From: Candidatus Poribacteria bacterium
Lineage (GTDB): Bacteria > Poribacteria > WGA-4E > JAJDTR01
Length of the DNA: 64,000 bases
Direction of reading: 5' to 3'
NCBI GenBank assembly: GCA_965222225.1
Contig: CBDCTK010000002.1
Span: forward strand, 1,888,001-1,952,000
This document shows, piece after piece, positions 1 to 10,829 of this stretch (positions within the stretch are counted from its first letter, which is position 1; each line of letters opens with the position of its first letter). The translations under genes and the position numbers were made by a program. The notes below the pieces were generated by a model that was given only the letters and a program-made list of their open reading frames with translations, had not been told where the DNA came from and made no database searches.

Positions 1-360
1 ATTGTTTGCCGACGTGCCACCGATAGGGTCGCTCAACGGCTTAGCAAAACGGAAAGTCGGCCGCGCAAACTCGGTCCCCAGTGCAGGCCGTCCTTTTGAG
101 TCAACCAGTGCGTCCTTGGTGTGCGGTGCTCGCTCAAACACGTACTCTAAATCCGCCTGCAGGTCTTCGAGTTCTTCACTTTTTACAACCCCTTCGAATA
201 CATAGAAGCCACAACTGAAGTAGGCATCCAGGATGTCCTTGTCTAGCGTGCCGTCGGAGTTGAATTTAATCGGCCCGCGATTGCCAAGTGCATAGGCCAT
301 CCGCTCGCCCTCGCGGACGTAAGCGGCTATTACATCCTCTCCTTTGTTTGTGGTACTCAT
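1..360 (-). CDS. Phytanoyl-CoA dioxygenase (PhyH)-like protein, N-terminal part; runs off the window edge
   Basis: Not in the ORF track. Manual translation from ATG at 360 (AAGGAG upstream) gives MSTTNKGEDVIAAYVREGERMAYALGNRGPIKF...DILDAYFSCGFYVFEGVV..., open to base 1. Family assigned by recognition of the N-terminus only. Confidence 0.6.
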   Translation of the reverse strand, partial: MSTTNKGEDVIAAYVREGERMAYALGNRGPIKFNSDGTLDKDILDAYFSCGFYVFEGVVKSEELEDLQADLEYVFERAPHTKDALVDSKGRPALGTEFARPTFRFAKPLSDPIGGTSANN

Positions 361-762
361 TTGGTTATCTCCTTGGATTAACGAATCAACCGAAACCTAG
401 GGCGACCAACGCTTCCCAGTATGCAATCAAAATGAAAATCCATCAAGTGGAATTACGGTTCGTTCTTCGTCAGAATCGGGTTGACACTTTTTAAAACTCA
501 AAAAGATTCACAGCCGCGTTTGCGCTGGGGATAGCTCGCTGACGGGAAGGAATCGCGGCCACTATCGCTTTGTAACCTCCAATTAGCTTGGTCTCATCAA
601 TCAGTATCAACGCTTTACCATGACACTTTAGATACACCTTTTTTATACCAATTCTATCTTTCGGTGATGCATTAGCCTGTAGTAGCGATTTTAACCGCTC
701 TTTTAAGCGACTGAAGTCGCCACTACGCAGAATGCACCATTAGGTATTAGTACAAAGGTGAG

Positions 763-905
763 TCATTTTTCTTGCATTGCTGCTATCGGCAGTTTGGATT
801 TAACGAATCGGGAAAGCCGCTTCTGTTTCGTCTTTTCCCTTTGACCACTTATCGGCAGATGCCGCGCTAGCTCGTTGAAACGGAACGCATGCTCATCGCT
901 ATGGC
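763..905 (-). pseudogene. Possible IS4-superfamily transposase fragment
   Basis: Segment FRFNELARHLPISGQREKTKQKRLSRFVKS resembles IS4/IS10-type N-terminal helices. No DDE domain or element ends seen. Confidence 0.35.
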
Positions 906-1171
906 GATGAGCAGCACTGTATTCTTCAGTTGCGGTTGACTCAAGGTCCCCTTGAAAATCGGCGACACAGTGGTCATCATTTCTTCTGGCGATATTCGCT
1001 TTTTCACAGCGTGTTTCACTTTCATAAATCCTTACTCTGTTAAACTTAATGCGTTTCACAAAGGAGGGGAATTTACCATATCTCAACAGACTTTCTCACA
1101 CCTTAGGCCTTTCAAACTGCTCTCGGTGTACCCTCCCCAAAAACTGGGGGTAAGTCCAAAAAATGCAAATA

Positions 1172-2086
1172 TTATCTTCCGTTTTTCAACTCGCCCCATG
1201 TCACAGAAAGTTTCCCAGCCGGTTCAACGGCCTGACCCTGGAGGCCAATTGATTCCAATCCTTCCGCCATGAGGGTTTTAATATCATCCAGGCTCAGCGC
1301 TACATTGAAAATAGCCAGTTCGTCAATGGAGCCACTAAAAAAATCTGGGACTCCCTCCCTAGGGCCAAAAATCCCGCCGCCTCCAATTTTCGTAGAGTGT
1401 GCCGAAGCTCCATAGGAGGTTACTGGACCAATGTTCAACTTGTTAACACGTTTCTGTACCCCTCTTGCCGCGTTACGCGTGTTCCTCATAATTGCTGCGT
1501 CCCCAATAGCCGCCAAATGAACCCAGCTCTCTTCATCTTCCCATTTAAAGTCAGGACCTGGCAATTTGAGGAGTGCGCTGATACAGATTTTGACATTTAA
1601 ACATCCTGCCGCGTCATGAGGATGAACGTGAACGTCTTTCTTCTTATGTGTCTCTGTTGTCGGGTACGCCATCAGCATAAGGGTGCTTCTCCTACTCAGA
1701 TACCATTCAATAGCATCATGTTGCCCCACGATGCTTTCATATCCAGCCCAATCCTCGGCGTCTTTATTGACCCAGGCAACAATTGTAAACTCTTCAAGAT
1801 CATTCAACAAGGGTTTTCCGAGGTCAATGAAATTTTTTCTGCTCGGATTAAAGTGTATTGCCTTGCCGAACTTCCCCTCTACATAGTCGACTTTACGGTT
1901 AATTTCACCATGGTTGCGATTTCCAGACCAATCTATTAGAACAGCGTCAGCCTTCTCGTTATCAAAAAGGTACGCCGCGACAACACTGGTCGGATCGATT
2001 TCGGCAGAACCTATGTTTGTGAACACCAGGCTGACGCCGATTAAACCGATGCATGTTAAGGTGAACCATGTTGCTGAGGTTTTCAT
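1172..2086 (-). CDS. Secreted LamG-like jellyroll domain protein with C-terminal AVEPAGKLSVTWGELK motif
   Basis: Signal peptide MKTSATWFTLTCIGLIG; motifs VVAAYLFD, FTIVAWV, WVHLA, FFSGSIDELAIFNVALS; RBS GGGAG before ATG 2086. Confidence 0.85.
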   Translation of the reverse strand: MKTSATWFTLTCIGLIGVSLVFTNIGSAEIDPTSVVAAYLFDNEKADAVLIDWSGNRNHGEINRKVDYVEGKFGKAIHFNPSRKNFIDLGKPLLNDLEEFTIVAWVNKDAEDWAGYESIVGQHDAIEWYLSRRSTLMLMAYPTTETHKKKDVHVHPHDAAGCLNVKICISALLKLPGPDFKWEDEESWVHLAAIGDAAIMRNTRNAARGVQKRVNKLNIGPVTSYGASAHSTKIGGGGIFGPREGVPDFFSGSIDELAIFNVALSLDDIKTLMAEGLESIGLQGQAVEPAGKLSVTWGELKNGR

Positions 2087-2283
2087 TGTAATTTCTCCCT
2101 CGCGCTTTCTGAATTTGGGTGAAAATTGAATTACACTCATTTCTATTGTAATGCTAGTATGGCGTTATGCTAATTCGTGCAAACCCAACGCCCACAAGGG
2201 GCTAGACTACGATGACGCCTCCGTAGCCTAGGGCTTTATGCCCGTTATGATTGAATCGGCGAAAACACCTAGCGTAACGCCAT

Positions 2284-2311
2284 AGTATATCTAAAATGAC
2301 CCCACTGTCAA
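2284..2311 (-). promoter_or_regulatory. Possible sigma70 promoter
   Basis: TTGACA-16 nt-TATACT on the - strand, upstream of the LamG gene. Confidence 0.4.
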
Positions 2312-2366
2312 GATTATAGTAAAGTGTGAAAAACAGGCGGTGGCACAATTTACACATTGCAGTTGA

Positions 2367-3275
2367 TTACTTGGAAGCCTTGATAGCACCCCACTCAGTA
2401 GCTAATTTGCCCTGGCTATCAACGGCAAAGCCCTTCGCGTCTGTGATAGTTAGGTTGTCAATAACACCGTTCGACCAACTCTCATGCCAGATGCCAACCT
2501 GCCCCGACAGATACTTGCTATCTCTGACGCTAATCATTGGTTCCCCCAGCTTGCCTCTGTCAAACTTTTTATCCATCGGCATATACCAGATATCAATCTG
2601 CCTCCCGATGGCTTGGATGCGTCCATAAAGCGGGTGTTTGTGATCTTGCGGGAGTATGCCACGGTTGTCAACACCTCCACGGTGGCCAGCCTTCTTCCCA
2701 TCAACCTCGAAGCCGACGTCTGCGAGTAATACCATTTCAATCCATTCGCCACCTGGCCATGCTGGTTCGTCACAGTGCTTCCCGTCTGCCCGAGGCGCGC
2801 TTAGACACAGCCCGGGTTCTGCGCAACCACGTCTCAGGTCATGCAACATTAGCGCAATTGTTTCATTGTATCCGAATACAACTAAATAGCCTCTGTCACC
2901 ACTCGTTCGAAAAGTGACCCCCACGCTGTCATCATCGTTCCACGACATCTCCAACTCGATGGTGCCATCTCTGAATCTTGGCGACTCCGGTATTGGCGTG
3001 TTGCCCGAAGTAGTACAGCCTTCGGCAAGCTGTATAAGTCCATTCCCCTTTCTTCTAGTCGCTGGCCAGTCTTGTCGATAACTGGTTATATCCCAGATTG
3101 TATCCGGGTTCTCGACATTGCGGTTCCAATGGGCCGGATCGTTTACCCGTCCGTTAGGAATTGCGTCGCGAAATTCACGTCCTTCAAAATCTGCCCGCCA
3201 AACGACCTTCGCGCTTGATTGAACGATGACCGTAAAGCATAGCATTATGACAATGAATAATTTCAGCCCTTTCAT
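2367..3275 (-). CDS. Secreted beta-sandwich (DUF1080/concanavalin-like) protein with C-terminal AVDSQGKLATEWGAIK motif
   Basis: Signal peptide MKGLKLFIVIMLCFTVIVQSSA; DDDSVGVTFR...GYLVVF and DSKYLSGQVGIW...IDNLTIT pattern. Confidence 0.75.
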   Translation of the reverse strand: MKGLKLFIVIMLCFTVIVQSSAKVVWRADFEGREFRDAIPNGRVNDPAHWNRNVENPDTIWDITSYRQDWPATRRKGNGLIQLAEGCTTSGNTPIPESPRFRDGTIELEMSWNDDDSVGVTFRTSGDRGYLVVFGYNETIALMLHDLRRGCAEPGLCLSAPRADGKHCDEPAWPGGEWIEMVLLADVGFEVDGKKAGHRGGVDNRGILPQDHKHPLYGRIQAIGRQIDIWYMPMDKKFDRGKLGEPMISVRDSKYLSGQVGIWHESWSNGVIDNLTITDAKGFAVDSQGKLATEWGAIKASK

Positions 3276-3894
3276 GTCCAGCATTCTGCTTACCAAGTGG
3301 AAGTTGTGCCAGAGAGCAAGTTCAAGGAAGCAACTTCAAGACATAGCGACTCTCGTTACCATCTCAAAGAGGCCTCTTCGTTTGAATCAAAAAAAACAGG
3401 AAACGAATCGCTTGATAGCGGCGGTGTTGTTCATGTCTCGCGGGATGCTCCCATACCATATTTAGTCATTTTCATTCTGATGTAGTAACTGTTTAGTTCC
3501 CTGATTTCTGGGGTCGAGTGCTATGAACCTAGGCGGTCTTTTTTGCCAATTTCTAGGCGCACATCGTGCGGATGCCCATTTTTCCGGTTTGTAGTAGGGC
3601 AATTCATTGCCCGTCCTATGGCTCCAGGGGTTTTACCGACCACTAATCACTAGCCACTAAACACTTACCTGATGTATAATGCACTACACTATGGAGAGGG
3701 TGTCAACAATCAACGTCATAAGCTCGTTGGGACACCGCCAGTATTCTATCGTTGTCACTTACCATTTAACTTTCATGGATCTCAAGGCATCTAGTCCATT
3801 ATTTCTGAATTGCGGACAGTGTAACACTTTCAGCTGAAATGTCAATCAGAAAGGGATTAGTCGCTTTATCTCCACGAGAAGAAGCGGTCGGAAG

Positions 3895-4182
3895 TTGCGA
3901 GCATGTGAGATACTGGCCATCTGGCAGCAACATCATGGCATCGAGCAGTTCTGGCGTGCTCTCAAGACCGTCTTGCAGATTCGTCAAATGAGATTGCGTG
4001 GCAGACAGGGCGTCTATGCCACTTTGGCAATCAAGGTCATCGCCTATCTGCTGATGCTGAGAATCGGGTACTACTCTCATTTTACACGCCAGCAAATCCA
4101 AATGGAAGTCAGTAAACAACTGGACATTCAACACTTCTTCAATGAGCATTTTCATCCCAACGATGCGGCTATACCAGCATGA
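3895..4182 (+). pseudogene. IS4/IS701-like DDE transposase C-terminal fragment
   Basis: HHGIEQFWRALKTVL matches the IExxxRxxK catalytic-glutamate helix; N-terminal part absent. Confidence 0.6.
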
Positions 4183-4324
4183 ACACTATAAGAAACAAGT
4201 CTCATGGAAACGTCAGTCAATAAGAACCTCCAAGTTGCGCAGAAAGACCAATCCCGTGTTCTCCGTACACACCGTGGTTTAGTTGCGGAATTGTAACATA
4301 CGCCCCGGACGCGACCTACTCACC

Positions 4325-6268
4325 ATGATAAAGGATATCACAACCATTCACAACCCGAACGTAGGGGTTACATTTCGAGCCGTGATTTTGGGATTGCTAC
4401 TCATCCCGATAAACACGTATTTCATCATGGCTAATCACCTACTGTTTTGGAGTACCCTGCCCACCACGCTATCGCTAATCTACAATGTTATCATCACTTT
4501 AACGATACTAATTATAATCAATTTCCTGATTCAGCGTTTTTTTCCCAATTTCGCACTTAAGCAGGGCGAACTGCTAGTCGTTTACATTATCCTTTCGCTT
4601 TCATCGGCGATTTCCGGACATGACATGATGCAGACGCTCGTGCCAACTATACCTTACGGATTTCAGTACGCCACTCCCGAGAATGAATGGGAACAACTCT
4701 TCTGGAAATATCTTCCGCGTTGGTTAACCTTAGATAATCTCTCGCGTTTGGAGGATTTTTACCGGGGTGGAAATACCTTATACACCAAAGCGCACCTAGA
4801 ATACTGGTTACGCCCAATCTTTTGGTGGACGCTGTTCTTAACAGTGCTAATCTGGACGCTAATCTGCTTGGACATTCTGCTTAGAAAACAGTGGGTGGAA
4901 CGGGAACGCCTGTCTTACCCAATCCTCCAGTTGCCGCTCGAAATGACTCGCTCTAAAAGCAGGCTGTTCAAGTCGAATATGATGTGGCTCGGGTTCGCCA
5001 TCGCCGGTGGCATAAATCTGATAAACGGTATACACGCCTTCGTTCCGGCATTCGTAGAAATTCCTGTACGCAAAGCGGAGATTGGTCAATATTTCACCGA
5101 AAGCCCCTGGAACGTCGTCGGGTGGACACCTCTCTACGTACTCCCCTTTGCCGTGGGGCTGGGTTTTCTAATGCCGTCCGACATGTCTTTCTCTGTCTGG
5201 TTTTTTTATCTGTTCTGGAAGGTACAACGTGTGGTGGTAAAAGCGCTTGGGGTAAACACCGCAACCGGATTCATGGACTCTCACGGGAGCATCGCTTACG
5301 ATGGCCAACAGGCGTTCGGTGCATTTTTGGCACTCACCGTCTTTGCAATTATCGGAGCCCGTCGTCACATCGTTGCTATTGTCAAGAGTCTTGGCAAACC
5401 ACAGCCGTATGAACGGAAAGAACCGATGACATACCGATGGGCTGTAATCGGATTTGTCGTCGGCTTCGTTTTCCTCATGAGTTTTTCCTATACCGGAGGC
5501 ATGGCTGTTTGGACGATACTGGTATATTTCTTGATCTACTATCTCCTCGCGATCAGCGTGAGTCGCATTCGCGCCGAGGTTGGCGCCCCAACGCACGAAC
5601 TATTCTTGGCAAATCCGCGTCAATTCTTTACCTCCGTGTTTGGAAGTCGGGTATTATCGCCCGGGAGTTTAACGATGATGGCGCTATATATCACATTTAA
5701 CAGGGGTTACCGTGCCCACCCGATGCCGCACGCGCTGGAGGCGTTTAAGCTGAGCGGAGAATCGGGCATAAATTCACGTCGGCTTGTTCCCGTCATGGTG
5801 CTCGCGACTGTTGTTGGAATTCTCGCCGCATTCTGGGCATATCTAGCCGTATCCCACAGTGCCGTAGCTGTCGTCGGCGAAGGCGGTCTCGCTTTCCGCG
5901 CATACTCGTCGCTGCAGCGGTGGCTGTTTAAACCTTCGGAAACAAACGTTGGAGGAATCATCGCGATGTGCAGCGGTTTTGTCTTCACGGGTCTGCTGTG
6001 GTGGTTGCGAAGGCTTTTTCCTCTCTGGCCGTTTCATCCCGCAGGTTACGCGGTCGCGAGCGGCTCACTAACCTTCAGTTGGCTCTGGTTCTCAATACTG
6101 GTGAGTTGGGCGGCAAAGGTGATTATTTTGAAGGTTGGCGGGATTGGGCTATATCGCAAAGCACTTCCACTCTTTCTAGGTCTAATTTTGGGTGAATACG
6201 TCGTCGGCGGCGCTTGGGTGATTATTCGTCTGGTATCGGGCTTTCCCGCATATTCGTTTTACCGCTAG
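4325..6268 (+). CDS. Polytopic membrane protein, DUF6785/DUF6784-type putative transporter
   Basis: Many transmembrane segments; LRKQWVERERLSYP, RIRAEVGAP, WPFHPAGY, PLFLGLILGE motifs. Confidence 0.75.
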   Translation: MIKDITTIHNPNVGVTFRAVILGLLLIPINTYFIMANHLLFWSTLPTTLSLIYNVIITLTILIIINFLIQRFFPNFALKQGELLVVYIILSLSSAISGHDMMQTLVPTIPYGFQYATPENEWEQLFWKYLPRWLTLDNLSRLEDFYRGGNTLYTKAHLEYWLRPIFWWTLFLTVLIWTLICLDILLRKQWVERERLSYPILQLPLEMTRSKSRLFKSNMMWLGFAIAGGINLINGIHAFVPAFVEIPVRKAEIGQYFTESPWNVVGWTPLYVLPFAVGLGFLMPSDMSFSVWFFYLFWKVQRVVVKALGVNTATGFMDSHGSIAYDGQQAFGAFLALTVFAIIGARRHIVAIVKSLGKPQPYERKEPMTYRWAVIGFVVGFVFLMSFSYTGGMAVWTILVYFLIYYLLAISVSRIRAEVGAPTHELFLANPRQFFTSVFGSRVLSPGSLTMMALYITFNRGYRAHPMPHALEAFKLSGESGINSRRLVPVMVLATVVGILAAFWAYLAVSHSAVAVVGEGGLAFRAYSSLQRWLFKPSETNVGGIIAMCSGFVFTGLLWWLRRLFPLWPFHPAGYAVASGSLTFSWLWFSILVSWAAKVIILKVGGIGLYRKALPLFLGLILGEYVVGGAWVIIRLVSGFPAYSFYR

Positions 6269-6435
6269 AAACCACGCACGAACAGATGGAGGGCTATTTT
6301 GGCATCTGGTGTTTGGTTAATAATATACCGCAGACTGTGGCGAATTATGGTCATGATGTCACTCTCTTAACCGCGATTCGGGCACGAAACGCGCGAGGAT
6401 TTTGTTAAAGACCGCAATAACGGGAGGCAGTCAGA

Positions 6436-7287
6436 ATGAAACTCAAGAATAGGGTAGCCATCGTAACTGCAGCAGGACGAGGAATTGGCCGTTCAATCGC
6501 CGTGTGCCTTGCCGAAGAAGGCGCCGATGTAGTTGTCAACTCATACAGCGAAGACACAACAACTCGCACTGCTGGCGAGGTTCAAGCGTTAGGGTGTAAA
6601 GCGCTCGCAATGCCGTGCGATATCACAAAGCCGGACATGATTACGCAAGTGGTTCAGGAAGCCTTGAAGGCTTTTGGCAAAATCGATATCTTGGTAAACA
6701 ACGTTGGCTCTGGACCAAAGACATGGAAGACAACCGATGCCGGGCCCCTTGCGAAATCGATAGACCTGTGGGACAATATGTATGAGCAGAATCTAAAAGC
6801 GCCCGTGCTCATGTGTGAAGCTGTTGTACCACATCTCATGGAGCAGAAAAGCGGAAAGATTGTGAACATCTCATCAATTGCGGGGCGGGTTGCACTGCCT
6901 CAAAAGCTACAAGAGCGTATCGTACCTCAATCGTACAGCGCCATGAAGGCTGGGCTAATCAGCTACACGCAGTCGCTGGCGGAAAGGCTAGGTCCGCACA
7001 ACATCAACGTGAACTGTGTTTGTCCGGGTATCGTCTACACGGATGACTGGGAAAACAACTCGACGCGGATGGTAAATAACATACCGGAGTTTCAGGGTCA
7101 GGATGTGAGGGAGTGGTTCGCCGGCATAGCTCGCGGCGAATATCCGGATATGTTCTGTTCAACGCCGCTCAGGAGAGAACAGATGGTTGAAGATATCGGA
7201 CGGGCTGTCGTATATTTCGTGTCCGATGATGGAATGAACATCACCGGGCAGTCTCTGAATGTTGATGGTGGCATGTATAAGAACTGA
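6436..7287 (+). CDS. SDR family NAD(P)-dependent oxidoreductase
   Basis: TAAGRGIG, DILVNNVG, YSAMK (YxxxK), ITGQSLNVDGG. Confidence 0.95.
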   Translation: MKLKNRVAIVTAAGRGIGRSIAVCLAEEGADVVVNSYSEDTTTRTAGEVQALGCKALAMPCDITKPDMITQVVQEALKAFGKIDILVNNVGSGPKTWKTTDAGPLAKSIDLWDNMYEQNLKAPVLMCEAVVPHLMEQKSGKIVNISSIAGRVALPQKLQERIVPQSYSAMKAGLISYTQSLAERLGPHNINVNCVCPGIVYTDDWENNSTRMVNNIPEFQGQDVREWFAGIARGEYPDMFCSTPLRREQMVEDIGRAVVYFVSDDGMNITGQSLNVDGGMYKN

Positions 7288-7464
7288 CAAGTAGCCTGTG
7301 CCGAGTTGGTATACAGAATGACTGTCTCTCAGCGCTCTGTATCGCGCATCATATTTAGAACGCAGAACCCGTAAGGAACGCAGATTTGCGTTTTCTACAA
7401 CTCCGAACTCAATGAAATGAGACTCATCTGAAGTACGGAGTTTACCTCGGAACAATTACCCCTC

Positions 7465-8139
7465 ATGACGAACAAGCCGACAAAACCAATCGATCCTGAG
7501 CGAGGCATAATCGTGGGAGTTACTGGCGGAATTGCCAGTGGAAAATCGACTGCCTCGCGGTTACTGGCGGAGAAGGGGGCATTCACCATCAACTTGGACG
7601 CAATTGGCCATGAATTGCTCAAGCGGAGAAGCCCCGTAATGGATGAACTGCTTGAGGCATTCGGATCAGATATCCTTGACTCATCGGGGGACGTTAGCCG
7701 CAAAAAACTCGGCGCCATTGTCTTCACCGATGATGATGCTCGCGAACAGTTGAACGCGATTATGCATCCGCCAATCGTTCAACGTTCGCAATCCGAGGCG
7801 AGATGGCTTGCTGCTGAAGATCCGAATCGTGTCGTGGTAATTGACATCCCGCTGCTCATCGAAGGTGGACGCCAGGAGCTGGTCGACGTTATCGTTGTCG
7901 TAACAACGTCGACCGAGAATCAACTACAGCGCCTTTTAGCAAGGAGCATTGAAGACAGCCGTCCGTTAAGCCGCGAGGAGGCTCAGGCGCGAATCAGTGC
8001 CCAGATACCGTTATCCGAAAAGGTAAAATTCGCGCATTTCGTTATTGACAACAATGGCGTCCTTGAAGAACTTTCACATCAGGTCGATCGGCTGTGGGTA
8101 GAACTTTGTAAACTTAGAGCCTGTTTGAAAAGTCGGTAG
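7465..8139 (+). CDS. coaE: Dephospho-CoA kinase
   Basis: GVTGGIASGKST P-loop, R..LGAIVF, LNAIMHP, DIPLLIE, RISAQ. Confidence 0.95.
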   Translation: MTNKPTKPIDPERGIIVGVTGGIASGKSTASRLLAEKGAFTINLDAIGHELLKRRSPVMDELLEAFGSDILDSSGDVSRKKLGAIVFTDDDAREQLNAIMHPPIVQRSQSEARWLAAEDPNRVVVIDIPLLIEGGRQELVDVIVVVTTSTENQLQRLLARSIEDSRPLSREEAQARISAQIPLSEKVKFAHFVIDNNGVLEELSHQVDRLWVELCKLRACLKSR

Positions 8140-8322
8140 CAAAGCCATTTTTACTCATTTGAAGACACGTTTTTTGTGATTTCCTGCTATATATCTGTCG
8201 CCCCTCTGGGGCTTTTAAGGCTGGTGCGCAGTGCGCACCCTACAAAATGTACTTTTCAAACAGGATCTTAAGACGCCTAGGCAAACCTGAATTAAATGGC
8301 GCAACAGCACGCATATCCGAAC

Positions 8323-8352
8323 TTGACTACGCTTAAATTGTTGTGTTAGAAT
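8323..8352 (+). promoter_or_regulatory. Possible sigma70 promoter
   Basis: TTGACT-18 nt-TAGAAT upstream of the rhodanese gene. Confidence 0.4.
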
Positions 8353-8379
8353 CTGTTCATCCCTACGAAAGGTCAATTG

Positions 8380-8757
8380 ATGCGCGGAAAAACGCTAGAG
8401 CAACTCGTTGCCGAAGCTCGGGCGGATATCGGACATATGACTACCGATGAACTCCAAGCGGCAGTCGAAAACTGTGAACGGCTAGTTATCCTAGATATCC
8501 GTGATAAAGAACTGTACGAAGCCGGACATCTGCCGGGCGCCATCTCACTTCCGCGTGCCGCGATAGAGCTAGACATTGATGAGGTAGTTCCCGATCAGGA
8601 CATGAGAATCGTCACCTACTGCGGAGGCAACACGCACGGTTCCCTCTCCGCCCATACACTGAAGATTATGGGTTACGAGAACGCCTCAATGTTGGACGGT
8701 GGATTTCGTGGCTGGAAAGCTGATGGCTTACCCGTTGAAGGCGGAGAAGGTGAGTAG
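8380..8757 (+). CDS. Rhodanese-like domain protein
   Basis: LDIRD..Y.AGHLPGA, YCGGNTH active loop, LDGGFRGWK. Confidence 0.9.
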   Translation: MRGKTLEQLVAEARADIGHMTTDELQAAVENCERLVILDIRDKELYEAGHLPGAISLPRAAIELDIDEVVPDQDMRIVTYCGGNTHGSLSAHTLKIMGYENASMLDGGFRGWKADGLPVEGGEGE

Positions 8758-8892
8758 CGCATGTTAATCACGGTAACATGGTATTTTCAGTGAATCGCAT
8801 TTAAAATCGTTCGATAATGTTACGATTTTCGTTCAACCCAACCTACGGGCTTTCCTGTATTTTCGTAAAATTTGAGCTTAGGTTAAAAAAGA

Positions 8893-10605
8893 TTGATAAG
8901 TGAAGTAAGAAATCAGATAAAGGGAATTCTGCAAGACGCCATTGACGCAGCGGTTCAGGGCGGTGACCTCCCTCACGTCAACACTCCCGACATTCCGTTT
9001 TCCCCCACCAAAGCACCTGAGCACGGCGATATTGCCAGCCCGATTGCTCTATCATTGGCTAAGATTGCCAATACATCACCGCGCAAGATTGCGGAAACGA
9101 TTGCCAACCATATACAGCTTGGAACATCCTCGCTGATTCGAAAGGTGGAAGTTGCGGGTCCGGGATTCATCAACATTTACCTATCCAGTCATTGGCTTTA
9201 TGACGTGCTTAGAACCATCAAAGACGAAGGAACGAAATTCGGGCACTCAGACCACGGCGAGGGTTCGCGAGTCCAAGTAGAATTCGTTAGCGCCAACCCA
9301 ACCGGACCGATTAATATCGTAAGTGGTCGTGCGGCTGCGGTGGGCGACTCACTTGTCAACCTGCTTAGCGCCGTCGGTTACAAGGCAATTCGTGAGTATT
9401 ACGTCAATGACGCTGGTGGACAGGTCGAAAACCTTGGGGCATCAATTGACGTGCGGTATCGGGAGTTACTGGGTGAAAGCGGCTTGGAAATCCCGGATGG
9501 TGGATACCACGGGACGTATCTTATTGACTTGGCTCAATCAATCATTGACGAAAGTGATGATAAATACCTACAATTCGATGATGCAGAGAGAGTAGCCACC
9601 TTTCGAAATCTCGGCGTAGAACATTTGCTCGCCGTACAGAAAACCACATTGGAGCGTTTTGGTGTTCATTTTGACATCTGGAGCAGCGAACAAGCCCTGC
9701 GCGAGAGCGGGAAACCTGATGAAATCATTGAGGTATTCCGTCAACGCGGCTACCTCTACGAGGCTGATGGCGCGACGTGGTTTCGCATGACCGATTTCGG
9801 CGACGCCAAAGATTGTGTAGTTATCAAAAGCGATGGCGAATACACCTACTTTGTACCTGATGCGGCGTACCACCGCGACAAGTCCGAGCGCGGATTCGAT
9901 AAAGCAATAGATCTTCTTGGCCCCGATCACCAAGGACACGTTGAACATCTCAAGTACTTCGTGGAGGCGCTTGGATTGGGCAATGATTGGTTGGAGGTTC
10001 GGATTATCCAGCAGGTCAATCTAATCGACTCCGATGGCAACCGAATTGAGATGTCCAAACGGAGTGGGCAATTTTATACGCTTGACGCACTCATTGATGA
10101 ACTTGCCGAAGCTGTCGATGATCGATTTGCTGTTGATGTGGCAAGATACTTTTTCCTGATGCGCTCCAATACCAGTCACCTCGATTTTGACCTCCAATTG
10201 GCGGTGACCCAAGCAAATGAAAACCCCGTTTTCTACGTTCAATACGCGCACGCACGCTGCTGCAGCATTTTTCGCGAGATGGAGAACCAGGGCATCGATC
10301 AGGCCGAGATAGATGAAGTGCTGGCTGAGTATATCGATGAGCCAGAATCATTGCAATTGATACGACATCTCGCCGAATACCCGGAGGTAGTTCTGCACAG
10401 CGCAGAAAAAAGGGAGCCGCATCGCATGACTCACTACCTATACGAACTTGCTGCGCTGTTTCACGGTTTCTATAATGAACACCGCGTGCTTGACCCTTCC
10501 AATCCGGATTTGACACAAGCGCGGCTAATGTTGGTTGGTGGTGCACAAACGGTGTTAAGAAATGGCTTAGCCCTGCTGGGGATTTCCGCTCCTAAGTCAA
10601 TGTAA
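8893..10605 (+). CDS. argS: Arginine--tRNA ligase
   Basis: AGPGFIN, VEFVSANPTGP, EYYVNDAG, MSKRSG, NPVFYVQYAHAR, LLGISAPKSM. Confidence 0.97.
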   Translation: MISEVRNQIKGILQDAIDAAVQGGDLPHVNTPDIPFSPTKAPEHGDIASPIALSLAKIANTSPRKIAETIANHIQLGTSSLIRKVEVAGPGFINIYLSSHWLYDVLRTIKDEGTKFGHSDHGEGSRVQVEFVSANPTGPINIVSGRAAAVGDSLVNLLSAVGYKAIREYYVNDAGGQVENLGASIDVRYRELLGESGLEIPDGGYHGTYLIDLAQSIIDESDDKYLQFDDAERVATFRNLGVEHLLAVQKTTLERFGVHFDIWSSEQALRESGKPDEIIEVFRQRGYLYEADGATWFRMTDFGDAKDCVVIKSDGEYTYFVPDAAYHRDKSERGFDKAIDLLGPDHQGHVEHLKYFVEALGLGNDWLEVRIIQQVNLIDSDGNRIEMSKRSGQFYTLDALIDELAEAVDDRFAVDVARYFFLMRSNTSHLDFDLQLAVTQANENPVFYVQYAHARCCSIFREMENQGIDQAEIDEVLAEYIDEPESLQLIRHLAEYPEVVLHSAEKREPHRMTHYLYELAALFHGFYNEHRVLDPSNPDLTQARLMLVGGAQTVLRNGLALLGISAPKSM

Positions 10606-10829
10606 AATGGGAAAACCGGGATTGTGAAGACGAGTACGGACCTTATCTGCCTCTACCATGTCACGCAGCAAGTCTAGTTGCTATCAGCCTCGACGGTAAA
10701 GGTCCAAGGATCGCTGCATTGTTTTGCACTACTTTAACTACTAATCGTCCTGCTGATGCCGTACACCATCTCTACATCCACACCGTTATCGATCTAGTTT
10801 CGTGCATTTAGCCTGAAGAGGAAAAACCT

